A DNA stretch of 63,655 nt, filler included, from Pelomyxa schiedti (taxonomy: Eukaryota > Protista > Evosea): assembly GCA_020536535.1 (NCBI GenBank). It is 3 parts of 3 records of this genome, joined end to end, with 100 filler letters (N's around TTAATTAATTAA, not from the genome) between each part and the next. Parts side by side here need not be neighbours in the genome. Positions count along the whole stretch, not along the records: positions 1 to 31,188 come from JAHLWZ010000379.1; 2 more parts are not named here. The stretch is one strand, 5' to 3'. The position numbers and the translations under genes are program-made. This document shows, in pieces, positions 1 through 19,700 of the stretch (positions within the stretch are counted from its first letter, which is position 1; each line of letters begins with the position of its first letter). Below the pieces are notes generated by a model, which worked only from the letters and a program-made list of their open reading frames with translations, ran no database searches and had not been told where the DNA came from.

Positions 1-1
1 A

Positions 2-578
2 TGTGATGCTAACTGTTTTTTTTTTTTTTTTTTTTGAAAAACCCAAAGGTATAATTATGGAATAAGCAAGGGATACATGGGGTCTTGCATAGATGACAGC
101 AACGGATTGGTGTACTCTGTGATCGCAAAGCAAGCAAGTAATCCGACCGATTTTCATGTACAGCAAGTCAACGTTACAAGTGGCACCTCTGTAACCTTGT
201 ATGTCTTACGTCTGCCCTCTTTTTCCAACAGTAATAGGGCTTCATTCAACACAAAGTACAACCCAGAGTACTTCAGTGTGGACTGTGACTATGTGTGGCA
301 CCTCCTCATTGTCGGTTTTCACTGGGCAAAGCCTTATAAGTCTTATGTCTACACACTTGATCCAGTAACAGGCAACTTCACGGAAGTTGCAGACACTACG
401 TCATATGAGATTGACTTGTAAGTGTTATCACTGGTCTTTGTAGAAAGAGTAACACTTCCTCAGTAATTACTACTATCGCACATATGACTCCCAGCAGCAC
501 ACAATGGTCATGCTCGGGCGTGAAACTATAGTAATTAATATTGCCACTGGAAAGCCAAGGTTCTACACAGGGACCTAC
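2..578 (+). repeat. Near-identical partial copy of the secreted-protein gene at 15000-16338 (matches ~15213-15781)
   Basis: ORF 77..421 equals the last 114 aa of ORF 15130..15624 except one L/M change; scattered SNPs; ends at an N gap. Confidence 0.95.
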
Positions 579-678
579 NNNNNNNNNNNNNNNNNNNNNN
601 NNNNNNNNNNNNNNNNNNNNNNNNNNNNNNNNNNNNNNNNNNNNNNNNNNNNNNNNNNNNNNNNNNNNNNNNNNNNNN
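579..678. other. Assembly gap (100 N)
   Basis: Run of N. Confidence 1.
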
Positions 679-865
679 TGTCCCGAGTAATTTACAGATC
701 CTTTGCATCTCTTCTACTTCAGTTCTACCTGGAAGGATGGGTGTATGCAATAGCAGTTCCCCAAAGATGCACCTGTGAACACTTAGACAAGGGAAAAAAA
801 AAAACCACAAAAAGCACAGCGCCATCTGCGTCACTCCTTGTTGGAGTGATGCAGAACATCGCATA
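679..865 (-). CDS. CDK-family (CDK10/11-like) kinase fragment, subdomains IX-X only; runs into gap
   Basis: CIFGELLLHTPILPGRTEVEEMQRICKLLGT follows a cacag acceptor; no upstream kinase subdomains seen. Confidence 0.6.
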
Positions 866-1083
866 GTGCCACACAAGTTAGGAGAGTTTACGCGTAATCA
901 AGTTACGAGTTACAGAACCTTTCGGTGAGAGACCGAGGAAAACACGGGAACCAATCAGCGAAGGTTCAGTAAATGCGGAGGAAAAACAGCGTGACGAAAA
1001 GTCCCTCCAGGCAATTTTAAACCCGGCGAAACGAAGAGTTGTAAAAATTAAAAAAATAAAGAAAAACCTGTTTCGCCCCACCA

Positions 1084-8093
<7,010 letters not shown>

Positions 8094-8197
8094 ACGACGA
8101 AGAGATAAAACTGTACCAACAATCTTTTTTGCCAAAGAAACTTTTTTTTGGAACCCACACATTTTTTTGTTCTTCAGAAAAGATGATCGTTGGTGGG

Positions 8198-9934
8198 TTA
8201 ATAGTAGCAGGTACAACAATTGGAGGGGTCTGTGCTTCCTGGCCTGCCACATATCCCCATTGTGTACCCAGACCCCCTGCATGCACTGACGCACCCGGCT
8301 ATTAATGGTGAGGAAACCAACAACAAGGGTGGGAAGGGGTACTGGGGGCACAGGCATCGCAATTCGATTCAGTGGGAATAGTACTGCAGGAACAACATTT
8401 GGTCTGGTCTGTGGAACCAGGGTACGCGCAGGTACCATAAGAAAGTTTTCCAAGTGTCTACAACAGCGTTTAATAACGGCTAAGTAATATAAAGAATCGC
8501 AAACCTTTGTGCAGGCCCAGTCACAAGAATTTTCAGCACACTGACTACAATCACTTAAACCGGGTTGCAGAACAATATCTGTTAGGGGGATGAGTAAAAA
8601 AAAAAGAAAAAGAGATTGCGTGATGAACTTGATCTGTATAAGTGCCAGTTTCCCCAGGTAATCGGTTCGTAGCTGGAACCGTATGCTCCCCAGGTATAGC
8701 CAGAACCTGGGTTAGATGAGAGTGAGTTGGATGGACAGAACTTCAAATACCAAGGGTTCCATCAGGAAGACCAGCTAGACCGGGGTTGTTGTTGTCCCCA
8801 CCAGAAGGTAAAGACGGATTTGTGACAATAGAGTGGGATTCATTGTAGGGTGTAAACGAAATGCCGTCAGAACTAAAGAAACACGTTGACTTGCTAAAGA
8901 GCAATAAAAGGAGGATACGAAGTTGCCCAAGTGATAAGTGTACTCCCAACATCGCCTTGTATCATGAAGTACAATCCAGATTCGCGGTCGTATTTGACAT
9001 CCACATCGCGTTGGGAAAGACAAGGATACGGTTCTTGTGTTATCTTGGTGAAGGAAACGCCATCGTTACTTGCTGCAACATGTATGTGCCCTGCATTAGG
9101 GCCACCCATACTGTTTTGCACATTGCTGTAATACAGCAGAAGAGTTCCATTTGGTGAGACAACAGCTGAAGGCTGCCCAACACAGTATTCAGAATCTGGG
9201 CATGTGAGATCCTCCAGAACAGGGGCTGTAAGGTATTTGTAGTACGGTCCTGTTATCGAATCGGATGCAGCAAGGCATATGCGATTGCTCTGCACATTTG
9301 GTTGGTAGTTTGTGAGTGTAACATAAATTTGTTGCTGGAACATGCCTTATACCCATCTGGTGGGTTGACTTGGTTAATGCAAGACACATACATCAAGTAC
9401 ACTCCATGGTATCTAGCAAGAAACTTAAACTGAAACTGAACTGTTGTTTGAAGTGTCATACTCTACAACAGTTGGGTCACAGACAGAGTTAGTATCCCAG
9501 GCATCATTGGAAGTTTCAGGCTTTAGTACAACCACTGGAGATGTCCACGAAAAACCATCAGCACTGGTAGTCATTCTTATCCAGTCCCATTGTGTCACTC
9601 CATCCCCAGGACTGCAATAAAACTAAAAAAAAAACCAAAAGCAGTAAGTAAACAAGCACACGTGTACACACACACAAAAAACAAAGTCAAACTTGGTAGT
9701 AGGTAGCGGATGCACCATGGAGTACAATAGCTGGTCCGTATTCATACTGCGTGCCCGACGTCAGTCCCTCGAACCCGGCCGCCGACGACGACACCGTGAC
9801 TTGGTCTCCACTCACGCGCACTACGGCACCAATAACTGCTGCGACTACTACTACGGCACCTTTTTTGGTTGACTTATGTCATTAAGCAATATGGACCAAC
9901 CTAGAATTGTAGTAACGCCAACAGTGGTCCTCAT
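8198..9934 (-). CDS. Secreted five-bladed beta-propeller glycoside-hydrolase-like protein (GH43/32/130-like) with two C-terminal Cys-rich repeats
   Basis: Signal peptide MRTTVGVTTILGAVVVVAAVIG; YGPAIV, SADGFSW, VCDPTVV, ICLAASDSITGPY, GQPSAVV, SNDGVSF, SSDGISF; stop after CCTCYY. Confidence 0.7.
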
Positions 9935-10375
9935 CGTCGTTTTGTCGCCCAGATTAAAAAAAAGGAAGTTGGACCAATTTCCTGAACATCAGTGATCACC
10001 GATCGGCGATACAACAGACGAGGTTGTAACAAGAAAACTAGTGGGTGAGTCTGTGAGATCTTTGTAGGTCTCATGGTGGTTCCCCTCTCTGAACTGTGAT
10101 CCAGTCTGCTATTTTCTGTATGGCTGTTGCACACACAAACCTAAATTCAACGAAAGCCAATTGCCCTGTTAAGAGGCTTTTCACTGCAGCCAGGGTGCAA
10201 CAGACCCCTGCACCTCTAACCTGTTTAAATGGTTTAAAACGCTTTCCGAATCACATTCAAAAGTGTTTCAAAACAGATTCAAACCAGGTTTAAACCCTTT
10301 GTTGGATACCAAGGAAACATTTTCCAAAGAATCAGCTGTTGGTGTTTCAAATACAAGAATGGTGGTGAATAGTAA

Positions 10376-10760
10376 TTAGTCCTCTCTAATAATGTGCTGC
10401 CCTAGCACAGCGCCATTGAGTGGGACAGCAGCAGCAGGTTGTTGCTGTGGAGGCAATACAGCTTGCTGGTAGCACGGTGGTGGAACATACAGCAATGGTT
10501 GTGATGAGGGAATGCGTGGCACATGTTGCTGTTGTTGTGATTGCTGGTATTGTTGTGATCCTGCATGCTGCTGCTGTAGGTGCGGAGCTGTGTGCCTTTG
10601 TGGCGGTGCTGACTGATGCAACAGCGACGGTTGTAGTGGTGATACAACCCGGTGAGATTGGTGCTGCTGTTGCTGGCAGTTCTGGCACATCCCTTGAAAA
10701 AGTTGTTGCAGCAACTGTGATGGAACCTGGGGGGCAGCAGCAGCTCCCTGCTGCTGTACC
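10376..10760 (-). CDS. Gln/Pro-rich low-complexity ORF, probably the 3' part of an unresolved gene
   Basis: QQQGAAAAPQVPSQLLQQ...; no clean upstream exon chain could be built. Confidence 0.3.
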
Positions 10761-11904
10761 ACATTTGTGTAAGTGCCAGGTGGTGATGACAGTGGGCCGT
10801 GCTGCTGTCCTTGGAACTGGCAAAGTGTTGAGGGCCTGTACTTGTGTCCGTGGCTGTTGTTGTTGGGGTTGCTGGGTCCGCTGCTGGTGTTGTTGTGGTT
10901 GTGATGGCTGTGTCTATGGTGGTTGTGATCTTCTTAACCATGCTGTTCAGGCTGAAGGTCAGCGTAAGAAGCAACTGATGTTGATGTCAGAGATCCCCTG
11001 AAACTCATCAAGGTGATCTGTGGTAAACTCTTCAAGTGAACCAGCAACAAAAGCAGCATCATTGCTCAATACATAGGACACAATGTTTAAAAGTGTTGTG
11101 CACGGAAATCTCCATGATTTGACTTGATTTCAAGGCCTTATAAGCTTGATGCTCCAAGCCCAGAATCACAGTGAAAAAACACACAAACTCAAACAAATAA
11201 ACAACAAACACAAGGCAAACAATAGAACCCTTTATTCCAATCGAATTCATCTCTTTCTGTCTTCTGTTATTGAGTGAGTATCCCACATTAGCTCATACAC
11301 AGAAGCATACACTTTCCTGCAAGCTGTAGGTGTGTGTCAGTGAGATGCAGTGCAGCTTGTGACATCACCAGCAATTCAGAAGAGAAATGAGAAATCCCCA
11401 GATATGCTATAAACAGTTAACCAAAAAAAAAAAAACTGTGTGGTTTTAGCACTGAAGTTAGAGGCCATCAAATGTGCCTTGAACCCAGCAGGCAAGTTGA
11501 TGGGTTTCCATGATGGTAAAACCACTGGAGCCCAGCTAACTTGTAGGCCAAGTCAAAGACAGAGTGGGAGAAACCCAGCAAGATTAGCACATCAGAGTCC
11601 CAGTCAACAAGGGGATCGAACCTACGTCGGTGTGATTCGGGCCCCCCTATAGGCCGAAACAGTTCTTAAATTGGCTGAATAAAAAAAATTCCAGACCGCC
11701 TATCCTGAGCGACGATAACGAAAATTACGTCGTTCCGGTCCGTTGATTATTGTATTCAATTGTTCGTTAAAAACTTGCACCCCAAATCCAGGAACAGTTG
11801 CAGTTCCAACGATACACCAAGTAGGTTTTAGATGTGGCGCGTTGGCCGTTGAAACAAAAAAAACAAGCAAATTGACATACATTGTGCCATCGTTGCCAGG
11901 AGAC

Positions 11905-13652
11905 ATGAAGTGGACGACTCTTTTGACTGAAGAATGGATGCCTTGCTACATTGGACTCACGGCGTGGGCTTTGATCACGTTGGTGGCCTTCTTCACTCCC
12001 ATAAGTGTGCTGAAGGGGGTGGGGCTGACGCCCCCGTCGTGGTACACGCTTCGGGACCTTGTCGCGTGGCTGCTGGCACCCATAAGTGTCGTGGAGGTGC
12101 TTTGCGTGGGCGGCTTCATAGTCGGCAGTTTGACGTTGGCCCGGCACGTCGCCGCTAAGGTCCAAGCCGAAGACGGGGAATACAATACCCTGAGGACTTA
12201 TTCTTTTGGGCTTGTGGTGGTTTTTACTGTGGCTACTTGTAGTGCTATATTGGGAGCTTGGACTGGCTTTGACTCGTTTGCTTCTTTTATTTTTTTTTAT
12301 TTTCCTTATTGTGGTTAATTCTATTCCATTCCTAACACAGGGTTTGGCCGGAGTCCACAGTGTGGTCACTACTATGTGGAATTGTGATTGCTAATTTGTG
12401 GGGAGATCGTCTTCCGCCCTTTTTGAAATTGGTTTCACTGAAAGCAGAGTTCTTTATCAAGGTCTTGTTGCCAGAGCCTGTGCTCCTTCTTTAACTCTTA
12501 TCAGTGTGGGCTTGTTCTCATGGCCGTTAACTTTCAGTCATTATTACGGTTGGGTCTTCCAGGTACATTACACTGCTATTGGTGTGGCACTCATCACTTG
12601 TAGGGATTGTTGTTAGCTGGCCTGTGACGCTAGTGGTTCTTTCCACTACTTGGTTTGTATCCACACTTCCCTTTTTCCGTCCTGTTGGACCACCTCTGAG
12701 CATGTGCATGTCTTGTGGTATGTGGTGTCAGGTCTAATGCATTATTCACGCCAGCAGGTGTTGCTGTTTGCGGAAATAGTGCGTGTATCGCTGTAGCCCC
12801 TGTGGTTAAAGCCAGTAAGTCTGATATGACACTCATTATCTCCATTCTCACACTTGGGAGTATCCCTATGATGATTATCTTACCGTGTGTAAAACGCATT
12901 TCTTTGCTTAGCTGATAAATATGAAGTCGTTTTTGCAAGTTGGTCCACATGTCAGAACAAGTGGCTGGAGCATGGTTTGGTGGCTCCCTCGATGTCACAT
13001 GGGCTGTTTTTGCAGCTTCACGTAGTATTAGCGTTGAATGTCTCCAGGTTGCAAGCTTAGTGAAGATGATACAAAACAGCCTTATTGGTGTGACTTTTCC
13101 CCAACAACTTTCCCTCACTGAATCTTCATAAAGGATTTATCACTACATCTGTGTTTGTTTTTTGGGTTTGGACTGGTAGAGATGGGAAACCCAATGGAAC
13201 AGATGCCACAGAAGAAGACCCCCTGATAAGACACAGAGTGAAGATATCCATTACCCAGTTGCTTCAGAAGCTATGGGTTGGCTTTCCAAAATTCCTGTTT
13301 GGATTTTTGATCATTTCTTTACTTGTATCTTATGTGGAGCCACCTGTTTTGAGTACGCAACCACTTCACATAATACATCCCTTTTTCCTAACCACTCTGC
13401 AAAATAGTGTATCACAAAGACCTTGTCTTTTGGGCAAGAAACTCTGTTAAACAGATGTGCACATGGTTTTTCCTATGTGCCTTTGTGGCAATTGGGCTCA
13501 GTTGTGAGAAATCAAAAATGATCAGCCAACTCGAATCAGGCCGCCTTCTTCTGCTCTATTTAATTGGATCCACCATTGATTATCTCTTGACATTTGTGGT
13601 TGCTTACTTGATGTTCTCTCCACAAACACTTTCCCCAGACTTTAACTTATAA
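11905..13652 (+). CDS. YeiH/UPF0324 (putative sulfate exporter family) membrane transporter, multi-exon
   Basis: GVAVCGNSACIAVAPVVKA, AGAWFGGSLDVTWAVFAA, VKMIQNSLIG, FPKFLFGF, FVAIGLS; many hydrophobic segments. Confidence 0.85.
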
Positions 13653-13874
13653 AATACTCCAAATTCGATTTTCTACAATTGCCACTCACACAGCACACCG
13701 TGGCACTAGTTCCCGGACAAAAGTTGTGGCGATTCCCCTGCGCCGGACCCTCACTTATCGTTTTTTTTTTCGATTGTACAGTACAGTCTGGATTCCAATT
13801 CTGGTAATTGACAAAATTCACTCTATTAGGAGTTTTTCAATGACTGGTGGTAAACATGGGTTGGCCATTTTCTT

Positions 13875-14830
13875 CTAGAAGAGTGTGAAAATGAGAAAGA
13901 GGGCAATAAAGAGCCCAACAAACCATAGACTTTTGCCAACCACTGACCAGTGTTCAATTTCAGCAAGCATGTTTTCTTTTGCCTGGTTTTCACATCTTTG
14001 CCTGAATGTTTCTGACTTGAATATAGTGCCTCCACACATCAGGCTTCTCAGTGCATTTGCTCTTCCCACACAATAGGCTGGGAGGGGCACGTGACTATAC
14101 TCCTTCCTTATACAATCTGCATATTCCTGGTATGCTTTGTGTGGTTTTATTAGTTCCTTGCCAGAAGGAGATACAAAGCTCACTCTCTGTAGGCCGGGCA
14201 AGCACATTGAGGTCAAAATCCAAGAACAGCAGCAAATCATTGTCCAATACATTGCTGGGAGGTGCGTGTGCAGCAGTTGCATTTATGTATGCAGCTACTT
14301 TCTCAACAAGTTGTTTTTCCAGAGTTCCCGCCTCGTCAGCAAATTTTACAAACAAGTCCGCGCTGCAGGCTTCATTGTCACTTCTCTTCGGATCATAAAC
14401 AACACTATTTGTGTGGAATAGACAGTTACGTGCACGTGTTAGAATAAATTCAGAAGTGAAATTACAAATCGGATATGTACGCACTCATGGAACCATGCAG
14501 CAAGTTTCACGACAATCTTATCAGAAATAAGGCGACTATGTGATTCTGTCAAATCCAGCATTTCCATCACGTGCTTCACAGTATGGTAGTGCCTTATCTC
14601 CTCCCCATACTTTTCGAAAATCTTAAAAAAAAAAACCAATTAAGCAAAGTGGCAAGCCACACAACACACTCCCCAACATTCATTCTTTGTTGTGTGTTTG
14701 AAGATGTATGCAGATTGTAAGAGAATACAATGTTTTGCCACTTGGACATCACATCTGGAGGAATGTGCAACCCACGGCACAAATCGCGCCATTCATCGCT
14801 CGCGTCCATCAATCCCCGCGACGTGGACAT
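13875..14830 (-). CDS. HD-superfamily metal-dependent phosphohydrolase (COG4339-like) with C-terminal hydrophobic anchor
   Basis: RHYHTVKH, LAAWFH(D), YDPKRSDNE..SA, FLDFDL.VL, IRKEYSHVP, AKENM..EI; tail LWFVGLFIALFLIFTLF*. Confidence 0.85.
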
Positions 14831-14999
14831 TCCCACAATTCTAGATGTAGAAAGTAACGGCCAGTGAAACCCCGGGATGAACAAAAACGGCTGTTGGTGA
14901 GGGGAAAAAAGGTGAAGATGGCGATGGGGGTTGTCCCTTTTAAACACCATCAAAAAAACTGCAATTTTCTTTCTAGCACTACATAAGCATAATAAGAAA

Positions 15000-16338
15000 A
15001 TGAGGAGGTTGGAGCAGTACTGTGCAGTGGGCTGTTGTATTGTGATGATTGGTCTCATTGTGCCTGCTGTGAAAGGCCTGGCTATTACTGATGGATTGAG
15101 TGGCACCACCTTTAAGCTGATGTGGATAAATGATGATGTGGACCCTCCAACATTCACTACTGCGTATTCATTTGATTCTTGTCTTCCTACCCTCTTCCTT
15201 TTTAGTTGCGTTTGTGATGCTAATTGTTTGGGTTTTCAAAAAAAAACAAAGGTATAATTATGGAATAAGCAAGGGATACATGGGGTCTTGCATAGATGAC
15301 AGTAACGGATTGGTGTATTCTGTGATCGCAAAGCAAGCAAGTAATCCGACGGATTTTCATGTACAGCAAGTCAATGTTACAAGTGGTACCTCTGTAACCT
15401 TGTATGTCTTACGTATGCCCTCTTTTTCCAACAGTAATAGGGCTTCATTCAACACAAAGTACAACCCAGAGTACTTCAGTGTGGACTGTGACTATGTGTG
15501 GCACCTCCTCATTGTCGGTTTCCACTGGGCAAAGCCTTATAAGTCTTATGTCTACACACTTGATCCAGTAACAGGCAACTTCACGGAAGTTGCAGACACT
15601 ACGTCATATGAGATTGACTTGTAAGTGTTATCAGTGGTCTTTGTAGAAAGAGTAACACTCCCTCAGTAATTACTACTATCGCACATATGACTCCCAGCAG
15701 CACACAATGGTCATGCTCGGGCGTGAAACTATAGTAATTAATATTGCCACTGGAAAGCCAAGGTTCTACACAGGGACCTACAATGATTACGGAAACTGGC
15801 AATTTGCATTCCCAGTTATTACCACTAGTGGCAGTGGCCAGGTTCTGGTGTGTGACAAGTGACAGTATTTCAAGTGGAAAGCTAACAAATATTGATAGGG
15901 ATTCAACTTGACAATAGCTCTGGAATATCCCTATGATGAGGCATATGACTGTATTGCATGGTGGGACTATGTAAATGGTCAGTACATATTACCAGGGCCA
16001 GTGTTGCCAGTATGAGTCCAGCCCTTCCACTTCCTTTGCCAAATCCAAACTCATGCGTGCTTCTAGAGTGAAACGGGACACCTCAACGCATTGTCCATAG
16101 GATGGTACTATAATGGTTACTACAAAATAGTCAGTGGTCCATATGATGGAACTGCCCCTAGGTTTGCTTTTTTTTTTTCGGGAATCTCGTTTTTCTCCCT
16201 GCACCTTCAATTGTTGACCCATAATGCAGCTACATTGACTCATACTCCACATATGACGGGTCGCGCACGTCATCGTCGGCGATGCCTGCTGGCTTCACAC
16301 TCTATGACTTCACGTTCATCCACCCCTGGCATTACTGA
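15000..16338 (+). CDS. Secreted uncharacterised Tyr/Ser/Thr-rich beta-rich protein, multi-exon
   Basis: Signal-like MRRLEQYCAVGCCIVMIGLIVPAVKG; GT-AG exons; last exon ...FTFIHPWHY* (TGA 16336-16338). Confidence 0.7.
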
Positions 16339-16550
16339 TCTACCTCGAACTTCTTGAAGTAAGACGCCGCTTCACACCCGCTTTTTCTCTTCATCACCGC
16401 TCGCTGTAAGAAACGTTCACACAAATCGAAATCGCCAAATTTTATGAGATCGTCGGCTATCGTCGTTTCGGTGGTGTCGTGCGTTGTTGTACTTTCGCTC
16501 GTCGTTGTCGGCGCATCCTCTGTAACAAGTTTCGTACTGTATCCCATCAT
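16332..16550 (-). CDS. Small ~72-aa acidic/Thr-rich hypothetical protein overlapping the neighbour's stop
   Basis: MMGYSTKLVTEDAPTTT...IKFGDFDLCERFLQRAVMKRK...; intronless ATG-to-TAA ORF. Confidence 0.4.
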   Translation of the reverse strand: MMGYSTKLVTEDAPTTTSESTTTHDTTETTIADDLIKFGDFDLCERFLQRAVMKRKSGCEAASYFKKFEVDQ

Positions 16551-16789
16551 TGTGTTCGCGCAATCTAATTTTTTTGTTTCCCCCTTGGTGAACAGTAAGT
16601 AGTGGGGATGGTCTATTTCTAGAATTTGCCGCTTCGCCGTCTGTGGAAGTTCAATCAATGACCATTGACGGGTAGTGCACAAACTCAGATTAAAAAAAAA
16701 CCCAATGCAAACAAAACAACAAACAAACTTTGGGAGAAATCTGATTGAAATCACGCAGTACAAAAGTGGGAACAAAACAATCCAGCACA

Positions 16790-19700
16790 GGCTTTTCTTT
16801 CTTTGCATATGGGGAAGGACTTGAGGTTACTTGTACTCAAAACAACCCTCTTTTTTTAGAATCACTGTACACAGGATGGAGGGACAAATATGGTTACCAA
16901 TCCCTCATTTGAAACACCCAATGGAGCAACAGAGGCAACTGACTGGGATGCATTTAGTTCCGGGTACAGTCGTGTTACTGATGTATTTCACTCTGGCAGT
17001 GCTTCCATCAAAATCACTTCTAGTTCTGAGAGTGAAGAGCATGGAGCGTAAGAAACTCACCCAATTAAGCTGCACCTCAATGTTTGAAGTTCCCAGACAA
17101 TCAACCCATCTGGTAATTTTGATACTCTCAAAGCTTCTGCTTGGAGCAAATCTGTCAATGTGACTGGGGACCAGGATTCTGACTACAGTTTGTATATTGA
17201 TATCACATATGAAGATGATACCAATTTGTGGGGGCAAACAGTTGATGTGAGTAGATAGGAGGGCACTAAGAAAGAACTCATTCAGCAATAGTTCTATGTA
17301 GGCACTCATGACTGGCAATATGGAGAGACAATCATTCAACTGGAGAAGAAAGTGAAAACTCTGAACCTCTACATGTTGTTTCGGAATTCACACACTGGAA
17401 CTGTGTGGTTTGATGATATTACAATTGTTCAAATATCCTCAACCCCGTTCACCAATGGCACAATTCAGGTACACTTCCTCTTACAGGAGCAGGAGTTCGA
17501 AATTTATTTCTGGATAGACAATTTCACCAAATGAAGTTGCTATTTCAAGTGAACTGTCAGCTCCATACAGTATGCAGCTGGAGGCCAAGTAACCATGGCA
17601 GTCTAGCCCATTGGTTTTTATCCTTTTACAGGTTCTTAGCTGCTCCTACACACATTCGCATTGATGGGACAGTTAAATCAACAAATACCGCTGATAGGGC
17701 AGTTTCCCTCACATTTTCAGTACCACTTGATGCTAACGGTGCGAAATTACCTCCATGCAATTACTAATGCTCACAAATCAAGGTTGGAACTGGGGAACAG
17801 GAGAAAATGTTTTATATTTAGCCAACAGCAGTGCTGTATCACAATCCTTTGATGCGTGAGTGTTTCTAACGCCCATTATTACATGTAACATCTTGCAGTG
17901 ATAATTATCCCCTTAACATTGACTACTTCCCGTTCGCGGCAGCCTGTGGGGAATCTGTTGGCGTGGCACTGGGTCATGCCCAGAATTATATTTACTCATT
18001 TCGAGTTGAGTATAGAGATTTACAAAAAGTTATGAGAATCACAGCTGACTTTGGATTGAGCTCTAAGTCATCTATTTTCCCGAATTCGGCTAATTTCTCC
18101 TTTGTTCTGTTCAAAGTGTGTATGTTCTCACACAATTCCCGTTGGCTTACAGTGGCCAAAAGGTTGATAATCCCTTGTGGGTATGGAGAGCAGCTCTAGT
18201 GAAATATACCGAGAAGATATTGCCAGATCCCTACACCACAAGAGTAGTGACGGACCAGGTTCAAAGCCGCACAAATAAGTTGATATTTACCAAGACGTAA
18301 ATCCAGGGAATTTGGATGCCTTTCAGCCAAATTTCCGTCATTGAAAACTGGCAAGATTTTGGCTTCAAATTTTATGAAGGATCTGAAGAACCAGCTTTTA
18401 TGAATGCCAATAATATAATGAACTTCCCTTATGTTGAACCTGCGCTGGGACATGTTAGCCTTCCTGAAGGTGGGGGCTTGGCCACATGATTTCATATACT
18501 AATTTCCATTTAAAAAGGTACCCCACTTGATACTGCACATGTGATGGAAGCTGTCCTTAACTGCAGTGATAACGCCAGCCCTAGTGATGCAACAGAATGT
18601 AAAACGGTTGAAACCAGTGGACTATATGACTCCAGTGGAAATACAATGTATGTGAAGTTCTCACCCCTGGGGTGCCTTAGTTCTATTCAGTTGGGTTCCT
18701 GAGCAGGAAGACTGGAATACGGGGGCAAAGTTTCCACTTGACTGCAATATTAATGTTCCAACAACTGCTCGAGCAGATATCAATCGTGGACAATATCTGC
18801 TGTCATCAGCCCAAGCAATGTATAGCAGTGCAGTTAGTGGAGGGTATAACATAACAGGAGTCTATATTGACTCGATGGAAACCTACAGAACTACTCTAAA
18901 TTATCGTGACGACCATCTTGCTGTATCTCAAAGCCCATTGGTATCTTATATGCGTTCTAGATAGTGACCGATTCCATTCCAGCTATTTGACTCATCCTTC
19001 AAACCTGCCATTTTCACTGCCCACAGTACTTTAGATGGACTGAGTGCCCTTGCAGATGTAAGTTGTTTTCGACTCTGTTAAACCTTTAACAAATACTATC
19101 TCAGTGGATGAGGACTAACCACCCGGAGTCACTTATGATGGCAAATAGTGTTTATGAAATTTTTCCACAATTTGCTACTGTAATTGACGTGGCCGGTATT
19201 GAAAAAACCTGGTACTATAACCCTTTTGGCAACTTCAGATGACACTTTTTATGTAAGGCTGACGGGAAGTGTGTATGCCTCAGAGTCTCCCTCTGAACTG
19301 TTTCAGTTCCGTGCCATGTCGTATGCAATCACCGTTCCGTCTTCCTTGCAACTTAAATTTTCTTGTACTTAAGTTACCAAAAACCCTATTTACTATTGCA
19401 AAACTCCGATTTCACTATTTGGACCTATGACATGACGGAGATGTACATGTATGCTTGCCTAATGTGGGGAATATGGCCTGGATTTTTTTCCGCCAATGCT
19501 GCCACAGCATGTTACTTTGAGGATCCAGGTTTAGCACATTTCGCACCACTAAATATGATGACTTCAAAAAGCACTGTACAACAGAGACAGAGACTTGTTC
19601 AAAAAGTTTATTCCTTTACTATCAATGATTAATAAGAAAGGCTGGAAACCAATCACACTGGCAACTGCAAGTCCGAGTGGAACACTTATTGAGAGATGGG

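Noticed and set aside
10200-10300. Cluster of GTTTAAA/TTTAAAC semi-palindromes
   Set aside because: Short AT-rich matches without clear terminal inverted repeats or target-site duplication
11600-11690. GGTTCGATCCC tRNA T-loop-like motif on the minus strand
   Set aside because: T-stem does not pair fully and no acceptor stem or cloverleaf can be built
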